A stretch of 64,000 bases of DNA, taken from contig OX597817.1 in NCBI GenBank assembly GCA_951406725.2, positions 127,100,001 through 127,164,000 on the forward strand, given 5' to 3'. Position numbers and translations under genes: made by a program. The stretch's first letter is position 1. Each line of letters begins with the position of its first letter. Below the pieces are notes generated by a model that saw only the letters and a program-made list of their open reading frames with translations, ran no database searches and was not told where the DNA came from. Origin of the DNA: Octopus vulgaris. Lineage: Eukaryota. This document shows, piece by piece, positions 54,026 to 64,000 of the stretch.

Positions 54026-56877
54026 GAAAATAAATATGACGATGATGACAATAATGATGATGATGATGATGATAATGATGTCACAAGCAATCAGCTCCAA
54101 TGTTTAGTATTTTACAATAGATTAGCTATCGCCGTATGTAGTTTTTTTTCTACAAGTTGTTTGTTCAAATTGATGGACATTGCTTGCATTACAATCATTT
54201 GGAATAATGTACGCATTGTACTCAGTTTATTGTTTTTTGAGTATTGCATTTAAATAACGTGATAGTCTTTAAAATGCTTATGGAAAGGCTACACATATTT
54301 GGTATTAGTATGGATCAGCAGGTTTTTGCTTTCAATAGATATGTTTTTCTTACTGGTCATTAAGTAAAATATGTTTATTTCAACTTAGTTGCAAAAACTA
54401 TTTAATAAGAAGTAATATTCCTGCCAATCAAATTCATATATATTTTCCTTGCCAATGAAAGACACGCCATTTATTTGAATGCACTATTAATGCTACTGGG
54501 TAAGTTTCAAATAAATGATATGTTTCTAGTCATACATACTCCAAAAATAAAGAGAGTTTGTTTATTGTCAAAAACATATCATTAATGCCTTTAGATACAA
54601 TCTTCATTTTCTAACTCCTCTCTCAAGTGTTGGCTGCTAGAGACACATAATAGTGTATGCATGTTTACAATTTCTCTTGATTAACTCTTAGCTACCTATC
54701 CAACAATACGTGGAATAGGAAGCTGGGAATTTACTATCGACGTTCAATATGGGGAGAAGTTTTACTGCTATCACAAATGAATGAAAGGTATTCATTCTTA
54801 TGGCTTAAAGGTAAAACAAATTACGGTAAAGGATGGCATTCTAAAAATGATTGTCTTGGATATTTTACGATGCTGAATCATTTCTGCATTTGTCATAAAT
54901 TTCATCTGTGTCATCATATATTGTTAGTCTACAGAATGCTAGTGGTATATCTTCCCCAATATATCATTGATTCTTATAAGAAAACATGATTTGTCTTCCA
55001 TAAATTTATATTCCGACAAATTCGTGTTGGAGAAATTGACCATTATTGGATCTAAGCCAACGCAATGTATAGAAAGCCTTTCACGAACAGTGTGTTCAAA
55101 AATTCTTTTGACTACGGGATTTTAGATGTGTGATAAATATCAATTGTGGCCACATATCTATGGGCTAATCAGAATTTATTATTTGGCGGACTTTATGGAT
55201 CTATTCTCAAATCTCATGTCAGAAATTTGATATCCCTGCACAAATATATTATAGAAATCAATACGTAGTGGATTAACATATATAGTTGTGGAAATAGTTT
55301 AAAAGCACAAGGTGTGAACATCTTACAAATTATTGCTAAGAAAACGTCAAGAATATTGTTGTTTCTGTTATATATTATACTTTTGCCTGCGATAAAGAAC
55401 ATTAGATGCAATAGTAGACTCTAAAGCAGATCGTGGTAGAGCGGCATACTTCACCTCAGCTTTTACTTACTTTAAATTCCCTAAAAATCGAGCAGAAATT
55501 GTTGTTGTTCTTCTTTGGCAAACGTAGAATTCTTTAGATAGTGTATTGGTCTGCGGCAAAAGAGAAGTTAAATCTCCCGCAAAATACCTTATTGTTTAAA
55601 ACGACAAATGAAATATTATATGTAGCCACGTTACATGATGACAAAGGAGTGATTGTTTCGGATGGTTGGCTTTTGGATATGTATCTCCATGATCGGTTTT
55701 GATGCTTCTAAAACATAATGCCAATTATGTGTTCTTTGTGCAGCAGCAACATAGGTCTCCAGCCTAACCTGTTATAAGATTAATAAGAAAAGAGGAGTAA
55801 GAAATCAACTAGTTGAAACAACTGTATCTCCAATATACATCAAAGATTGTGCAAATATTTTATATAATTAAACAATAATAATCCTGGACAACGATTCTTA
55901 TGATTTAAGAACAAGTACTTGTTTATCTACCTCCGAAAATTCTGTTCGCAAAATTTTCACGTGTAGAAAATCCAGATGTCATAAGGCAAAGCCATTGAGT
56001 GGGTTTAGAGAAGTGTAAAATTTAATCCAGATGAGACCACAAAGAAAGGGTAACTAGTTACAGTTATTTCTGTACCAATTCTGCTTTGAACGCCATTTCA
56101 AACATAAATTATATGTGAAAAGGTACTTGATGTTTCCGGTTTTAAACATTAGAGTAGCACTTCAGATTTGCATGAGGGGCGCTCTCTTACGCTGTGTGTC
56201 TGCCACGCATTGTACTTTGTATCGAAAGGAAGCAAAATGTATAGAGATAAAAATAAAAATAAAGTTGTGAAAAGACGGACAGGGCAAATACTATATCTAT
56301 GTCAAATCTGATAAAAGTATAATTATGATGTAAATATGATGTAATACCCAATAAAATCTCTACAAAATTTCAATCAAATGTATGTTCTGTTTAATCACTT
56401 TTCGCATAAGATAAACTACAAAGGCCAAATGCACCCTGATTAGAGAACAGATGAGCCTATAATTAGGGAAAGAGTCCGAAAACAGAGAACAACGTACACC
56501 ACTCATAACGACAACTTTACGATTCATAATAGACTACCTTAACATTAGGGTGTAACAGCCTTCATATTGATGTTCAAACTAACAAAACGTAATTCAATCT
56601 ACTAATGAAATATATGAATTCGACTTCAGTCAGCTAAGGTGTAAACTTCACGATAAAGAGAATTTGATAAGCGTCAAATATCAACAAAGTGATACAACGT
56701 ACACAAAATTCACTTACAAAACCTCTGGAAATGACCAATGAATAATCTTTTAAATCGGCGTCCAAGAGAGCAGAAAGATACAATTTTACAATTATTTTAC
56801 AAAATAGTTGGGGTGAGCAACTTGAGCAAATTACTGACAAAATATGAAAATATGAATATTGGTTAAATTATAAAAGC

Positions 56878-57083
56878 ATTATAATTTCTTATAACACTGA
56901 TCATAATTTCTTATAACACTGATCATTATAATTTCTTATAACACTGATCATGCTTTTAGTACTGGTTCTTAATAGCTTTTCTCAATCTGCATAAAGAAAT
57001 ATGTATACACATATGCGTTGATATGTATACACATAGCTTTTCTCAATCTGCATAAAGAAATATGTATACACATATGCGTTGAT
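56878..57083. repeat. Two adjacent local tandem duplications (~23-26 bp x3; 61-bp period x2)
   Basis: ataatttcttataacactgatc occurs three times. atagcttttctcaatctgcataaagaaatatgtatacacatatgcgttgat occurs at 56972 and 57033. Confidence 0.95.
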
Positions 57084-57175
57084 TTCTCTTTTTTTCTCTC
57101 TCTCTCCTTCCTCTTCTCTCTCCATATATGAATATGCATCCATACACACATGCATATACACACACATACATACAT

Positions 57176-57846
57176 GATGGCTGCCCCCTCGTTATCGAGT
57201 ATGGCCATTGCACGAAGCTTAACTGTTATTGGTGCTGTGATCGAATGTGACTTTTATTTGCTTTTTAAGGCTACAACCAGCCATGCAGTTGAAACTCACA
57301 GCACCCTCAGCAATCATGAACAATGTTGTTATCGTGCAATGCCTATGCAAAAAGTTTTTTTAAAATTGAGGAAAGGCTGTGTACTGAATCAATCCCACTC
57401 ACTATGCAACAGCAGCCATAATCCGAAAAGAAGAACAAGTCAGCGTCATCGGTAACCACTGAGCCGCAGGTTTTATGTTGAAGTTATCCCAGTTACCTGA
57501 GTTACCTTCTCCTAGAAGGATGCCTTCACAAAGGCTAGGAGTCCTTCACTCCCAATGGTTTAACCACGCGATCAGGTATTCAGTCCGATTATTTCTATAT
57601 CCTCGCGCATGATACAGCCTTAAGCCTTAATAAAAAAAATAATTACACATTTATTGGATGGCGGTTGACTCTCAAGAGTTCTTCCGCCCTTTGACGGTTT
57701 TTGTTTTTCATCCCGCAAGGTGTCCAATAAACACCCTCCTCACCAAGCAAGCTTGGTGGGGTTGCCGGTTTAGTCGCCGACGGCCCGACTATGCAACAGG
57801 TTGTACTGGGTTACATGTTACCAGTAGCACTCGAAAGTGACCTGAC
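57176..57846 (-). mobile_element. Non-autonomous RTE-like LINE derivative, longer copy with structured leader
   Basis: Reverse complement aligns to 30888-31303, with an extra ~110-nt 5' leader and ~100 nt more internal sequence. Flanked by TACA/TA repeats. Confidence 0.75.
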
Positions 57847-57925
<79 letters not shown>

Positions 57926-57941
57926 CATATACATATACATA

Positions 57942-58018
<77 letters not shown>

Positions 58019-58021
<3 letters not shown>

Positions 58022-58301
58022 CTAATTTCGCTCTTGCGTCTCACGTTTGATCTTTGACTTCTGGCCGAAATCAGATCGCCATGTTGATTCGCTAGCTTCT
58101 GCACGCAAATTCTTTTTCTCTCCTTCCTTCTGTGTTTTTCTCTGTGTATCTTTCTGTTGAAGAGCGTAGGCTCGAAACGTTAAAGACTTGTTTTATTTAT
58201 ATTTCCTGTGCGCCATACTAATACAATTGTTTGTTTGTATTCCACCTGCCTTCGTCTTTTGTTTATTTCCGTAAACCTGCCTTCGTCTTTTGTCTATTTT
58301 C

Positions 58302-58305
<4 letters not shown>
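58019..58305 (+). mobile_element. Penelope pLTR-like cassette between (TA)n tracts
   Basis: Pyrimidine-rich flanks, an internal hammerhead-like motif, and a duplicated acctgccttcgtcttttgt. Confidence 0.55.
58149..58186 (+). ncRNA. Minimal hammerhead-like motif (A6U variant)
   Basis: UCUUU-CUGUUGA-A-GAGC-GUAG-GCUC-GAAA-CG-UU-AAAGA. Perfect stems I and II, palindromic AACGUU stem III, core A6 changed to U. Confidence 0.6.
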
Positions 58306-58367
<62 letters not shown>

Positions 58368-61118
58368 GCAACAAAATCATTACATCGTTCAAAATTGTAT
58401 CATAATATTAAATTTCGTCCAAGCGTTGTTTCCTTCCATATTTTAGAATTTGAAATATGTCCATCATGGATTCACATATTGAAGATAGAATTACCAGATA
58501 CACGCTCTGTGTTATAATGATAGTCAGCAATTCAATGACGAAAACCGGTAAAGGAATAAGGAAATAATTACTTGTCTTTCAATTTATAATCACTTCAAAC
58601 TCGTATAAAGGAACAGATATTCATGGGATTCTATTCCATCAATATGCAGCCAGTTTTCGCACTGAAAACACATTTGTGTCATTCATTCCTCTAGGCATGA
58701 TGATTAGTAAGATTAGCTTACTACTGGAGAGTGCTTACTTAGCTTCCTTCTTTTTGCTCTCAATGCCTTGAATATTCATGGAAGGATGCACATGAGAAGA
58801 AGCAGTAGGCATCTTGCCGAATGCATTATCTCCACGGGATTCTTAGATTGTCACGATCTCTAAGAGTTCAGTTTCTCTATAACACTTCAGCCAGTATTTA
58901 ACAGTATACAGCATAAAATGAAAACGCCAAAATGAACAAGAGCAAACATTCACTCTAGGAATATGTTGTGTGAATAAGTACTGTGAATTTCTCGGAGAAT
59001 AGCAAGATTTACACTTGCGGACATAATACTTATACCTGTTTATTACTGTTGTTATATGTAAAAGTTAAAACTCATCTAGTGCACTGATTTGATAATATAA
59101 TAATATTTGAAATTCTGATATAAATATATGTGTTGTCAAACCTCAGGCACTCAATGATTGATAATGAGTATAAGTATGTATTTAATATGTATATATCTAT
59201 ACGTACATAGATAGAAAGAACGCAAGACAGACAGAGAAAGAGAGAATCAGAAGCATTTTCTCCATTAAAAGTTTTACTGGCGAGAAACAAAGAAAAGCAT
59301 TGTATGCTTGAGATCGTACCTATTACATGCATAGGAATTTACATTGATAATAAGAAAATAGGTATTGTATTGATACATATGTATTCAATATATATTGCAT
59401 AATACGCTAAGTAATATGTAATAATATTCGTATTCACACTGACAACTGTATAAATGCTTTAAATTATAGAACGTATCTAAAAGAACAACATTAAGCTGCA
59501 ATATTTTTTATTTCCTTAAAACTAACTTCATTTCAAAGTTCTTTTAAAATATATTTAAGGTGTAAAAATTAAAAGCGTTAAAAGGTTCAATACTCACTTA
59601 TTTTAATGCATTATAATTGCTTACATGTGCAGTTAAATACCGGCAAAAGTACAGAATGGTTTCATGGCAGTATGCAGTGGGGTACCTATATTCATGTGAC
59701 AAAAAGTTTCTATCCGCTAATATTGTAACTAAAAATTATATGGACACAGTGCTCCCAACATCTTTCCTCGTTATCAATGTGTAGGCGTGTGTGAGTGCTC
59801 GTGCGCGTGGCTGAGTGCGTATGTGTTTGCGTATATCCTAATATGCATCTGTGTGTGTGTACAAAGAAGAGAACAATATTCAATAACATAGATCATGTCA
59901 ACGGATACTGATTCCCACCTTTGGAAAACACACATAACTCGTCAGTAAGACTATACCATGTTGCTAAAATTTCACTGCATGATGACCCATATATATATAT
60001 AATTTTCCAAGTATTCGTTTCCTAACAATTTTAAAAGTTTTAATCGAATTCTTAACTATTACGTCCAATATATTTGTATTTAATCTATTTTGCATAACTG
60101 ATTTCACTATAACCGTAAAAACCTGGAACTTCTCGAATGAAACAGAGGCAGATATTTAACTTAACTATTCTATATTCCGTTACTAATCACCCATTAGATT
60201 GGTTGACAATTAAAGTTTTTAGATAGTAGTAAGTCTTCTCTAAGTTTTATTCTTGCAGACTATTATCTGAATAACATGTTGACCTCTTATCTGCAACAAC
60301 ACTTACACAAGTTTCTGTTTAAAACAAAATCTGAAATTCTACCATAATAATTCTGAATTGAATGATTGGCCGCTAACCGTTTTATTAGTCAAGTGATTAA
60401 TGACATGATTAATTATGCTTAGAAGCCAGTGTACAGCGTGGAAACTGTTCTTTAAGCCATTCGATAGGTTCGTACTTGAACAAACTTTTGTAATATCATT
60501 TTTAATTTTTGTCTTGTTTCTGTTATTTATGTACCAATCTACTGATTGGTGAATAACCTCGAGTTTACAGTTAGTGCGGGGTGGCTAGAAAATTTAACGT
60601 ACATGAATTACCATTCTCTTTACTGGGCATATTGTTTGCCAGATTTATCAGATAGAGTATTGACTCAGCTATTCGCCTTGATTTCTTCAAACCATATTCT
60701 GTATATGTATATAGTGGACTCTCCCGTCGAAGAGGACATATGAGTGTTCAGCTTTTTTACCAAACGACTTGCACACAATATTTCTTTAGATAGATCAATG
60801 TTTAGTGCTGTACATTACCGTACTACCGATATCAAATCGACGTTACCTTAGCTGGTGGACAGTGGGTTACGCGTCATGTGTCGAGGCGATCGCAAAGCCA
60901 CGTGAGGTACAGTGTTTCCCTCAAGAACACAACGCTCCAATCGATGGTTCCCGGTGTTTGTAACTATGTGGTTGAATTGATATGTTGGTTCAACGGTCGA
61001 AGCATACATGCAAGTGCGTGCATCTATTCACACTTATTCACATAAAAATCTCAGATGGACATTTTTTAGAATGCCTTACAAATTTTTACAGTGCCACTAA
61101 TAGATTGAATTTGGAGAT

Positions 61119-61745
61119 AGGGTTGGGAACTAGGTTCCCGCGTTTTTTTTTAAATTGAATTATTTTAAAAGGTTTATTAAAAAATAACAAATAATTAATC
61201 AATGATGTATTCACCCTTGTTTTTTACAGCTCCTTACCAACGATCAACAAGATTTTTCGCTCGAAAAGTTGATCGAACCAAGCTCTCAATTCTGCATCAG
61301 TATTCAACGAAACTCCACGCATAGCATTTGAAAGAGATCGTAAGAGGTGGAAATCCGTTCGTGCCAAATTCGGAGAGTACGGCGAGTGTGGTAGCACTTC
61401 CCAGCCATGAGTTTCAATGGCTTCCTTGGCTATATTGGCGATATGAGGGAGTGAGTTGTCGTGCAGCAGAAGAATTCCATGCTCCCGATTAGATCTTTTC
61501 TCTTGAATCTGTAATAGCCGTGTTGAGTCGTTCCATCTGTTGAACATAGTATTTCCGCGTTGACCGTTTGGTTCCGTTCAACCAATTCGTAATGGAGAAT
61601 CCCTTCCCAGTCCCACTATACGCACAACATCGTTTTACGCGGATAAAGATCTTAATTCACACGCGGTGTCGCTTGTTTACCGAGACTAAGTCATTCCTTA
61701 TACTGCTTCATATTGATGTACAGGCACAATTTTTCGTATTACATT
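61119..61745 (-). mobile_element. Mariner transposon 3' half with terminal sequence
   Basis: ORF 61224..61547 HGILLLHDNSLPH...WEVLPHSPYSPNLARTDFHLLRSL. Upstream frame KTMLCV*WDWEGILHYELVERNQTVNAE. TIR-like TA|gggttgggaac near 61119. Confidence 0.9.
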
Positions 61746-61984
61746 AATAGTTGTATACACACTTGAGCTATATAGTGTCACCAATTACCACATTAAAGAA
61801 AATATTTTAATGTATGCTTGAAAACAAACCTATCATGATAAATTGGGTCTAGAACCTGTGGCATAATTAGTATCTTATTTAGATCGCCTTTGTCATCATC
61901 ATGTATCGTACGCTTTTGCAGTACGTTGATGGCATTAGAACGAAAGTATTCCTGATTAAATGCGTAGCCTCCCATCGGATCAAG

Positions 61985-62212
61985 CCATAACATTCTGACT
62001 TACCCCATAGTGTTTACTTGCCTGATACATTGGTTTGCTATTGCCTTCCCCAATTGAATGGCAGTTAACCCACAGGGAGCTTATTTGCCCTTTGACAGAC
62101 ACCCTCCGCACGAGGAAAAGCAAACTACTTAAGTGAGGTAGCCAGTTTATTGGCCGACCACCCAGCCATGAAGAAGACAGTACTGGTTTGCATGGCACCA
62201 GTAACAAGTCTC
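61985..62212 (-). mobile_element. RTE-type LINE 5' leader fragment (second family)
   Basis: Minus strand contains ggggaaggcaatagcaaacc (BovB/RTE-leader-like) and blocks homologous to the 57846 leader. Confidence 0.6.
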
Positions 62213-63271
62213 ATTAACCTGTCAGAAAAGTCATAAACTAAATTTTTATCTAGAAAAGGGTTTTAATCGATAAGTGTGTGACTAATAATTTTTGTATCGT
62301 TACTACCGCTTCCGGTACCTTGGAAAAAAATTATGACATTTGACATTCCGATTTTGTAGTTTGGCACCTACCTAAAATATTTTAGTGATGTAGTTGTATA
62401 GGCTAGCTTTCAGAGTAAATGCGATATGTAGAATTCTGGTATCAGCTTATGCCCTTATTCTCTTGAGAGGAGTCTCTCAAGTAGTTAATTTTCTTTGTTT
62501 TCCTTTCCTAGTCAGAAATTTCCTGGAAGTGTTGTGTCGGATGGTTGTAAATGCTACTTCAGTGTTAATAACCATATATGACAGTGAGTGAAAGCGTTGT
62601 GTTTAATAATATTTTACTCTCCTACTAACCATTTTATATTTTTATGTTGGAAGTAGCATACTTTGGATAATATATGGGTGTTATTCCTAGCAGGTCAAGC
62701 GACGAGAAAGAAACGTTTGTTTTTGCGTCGACCTTCTTCAATGGCTACGAGTGGTAGAAAGACATTTTACACTTTTTGTTGACAATTACGTAGTGTTCGA
62801 GGAGAAATTCCCAGTCGTGCTTCTGTTGTTCGTGACTGAGGAGTGTCTGGTGAAGGTGGTAGTACCAATTGCAGCGGTGGCTATAATCCTATTGACTGAT
62901 GTTGTTACTTTGTTCGCAGCTCATTTTGATTCGTAAAGAATATCTTTACAAGTTATTAATGCTACCTTATTTAATGTATTCGTGCTTGTACGTGATATTG
63001 GGGTTTCATTTCAGAGACATCTCCTTTTAAGCTGTTATGTCATGCAAGTCGACAGAAAAATAGGAGCTTTTTCTCAAAGTAAAATTATCGGAATAGCCAA
63101 CTGAAACAAAACTTTATGAATTAATAAATAATAATTTTTAAAAATTTTCCCTAATTTACTTTATCTTATTGCTGACAAAATGATCGTAATTAGATGTGTA
63201 TTAGTTGAGTATGTCAACCTGAATACGTGAGCGGTTTTTGTTTTGTTTGTTTTATTTTGTTTTTTATTCAT

Positions 63272-63375
63272 CAACCCCAGAGAGATGAAAGGCAACTGTG
63301 GTCTGGTTTTGGATCCTTAACGTACAGAAACAAAAAGTACTGAGTGGACAAGTCTGACATTTCAACGATCTTATT
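63272..63375 (-). mobile_element. Diverged SINE family A fragment
   Basis: tcaaccccagagagatgaaaggcaa...aacgatc matches the family A body. Confidence 0.5.
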
Positions 63376-64000
63376 ACTTAACGAATAAAACTATACTCAG
63401 CAACGTTTATAAAAGCCAATACAAGCAGATATAAAGAGTGAGTGTAAGAGATATTTACGAAGAAATAAAGACGGTTACAAGAACAAACACACACATATAC
63501 ATGCATACACACATACACATAGAATGAAAACGAGAATATAGGATAGTAAGATGAAAATAAAATTATATATAGATAAAAACAAATCTAATTCTATATAAAT
63601 AAAAATAACAAATAATTCGTTTCAATTATGTTTCCTGTAAGTGATATCCGTTATGTCAATGACTTTCTGACACTGTGCATATCAAATTACAAGACATAGT
63701 TTTAATGTCCATTTTAAAGTTAGTAAGATTGGTTTGCATATCCATCTCATTTAACTATGCGTTTTATATATTTTTTGAGGTTCTAGATAGTTGTTTCTGT
63801 TTACATAAAATCATGGAATGCCAACATAGCAAATATAGAGGTCTTGATTCAGGATCATAATTATCATAATCACAATTCTCGTTATATCATCATGATCAAA
63901 TGAATAGGTTCTTCATTATTATCCTCATCAGCCAAATTGTACTGAGACTTATCATCAATATAATGATCGAGACGAACATCAACGCCATTGTCATCTTCAT

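Noticed and set aside
63843-64000. Acidic minus-strand frame EDDNGVDVRLDHYIDDK... at the window edge
   Set aside because: Short, truncated by the window, and compatible with a degenerate (GAT)n repeat. Cannot be supported as an exon.

Overview
This is AT-rich eukaryotic (metazoan) DNA with no recognisable intact host protein-coding gene, so it is probably intergenic or part of a very large intron. The SINE families and the dense (TA)n/(CA)n/(TATG)n/(TAGA)n/(AAT)n microsatellites resemble octopus (coleoid cephalopod) DNA; this is an inference from repeat content. Most supplied ORFs are microsatellite read-throughs or decayed transposon frames. Identifiable content: four mariner remnants, a Chapaev-like DNA transposon remnant, a Tigger-like end, a non-autonomous Helitron, and a degraded but nearly complete Penelope-like (RT + GIY-YIG) element plus a second GIY-YIG remnant. 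There are also RTE, CR1/L2, R4/Dong and possibly BEL/Pao fragments, at least three SINE families (one nested with a TSD), several long inverted repeats and local tandem duplications. The most notable signal is non-coding. An apparently intact type I hammerhead ribozyme (17558-17623, predicted GUA cleavage after 17618) sits in a small cassette embedded in (TA)n. Four further sequence-divergent, decayed hammerhead motifs with palindromic stem III occur elsewhere, suggesting a diverse family of ribozyme-bearing, microsatellite-associated Penelope-derived or retrozyme-like mini-elements. All calls were made by eye and coordinates of decayed elements are approximate.
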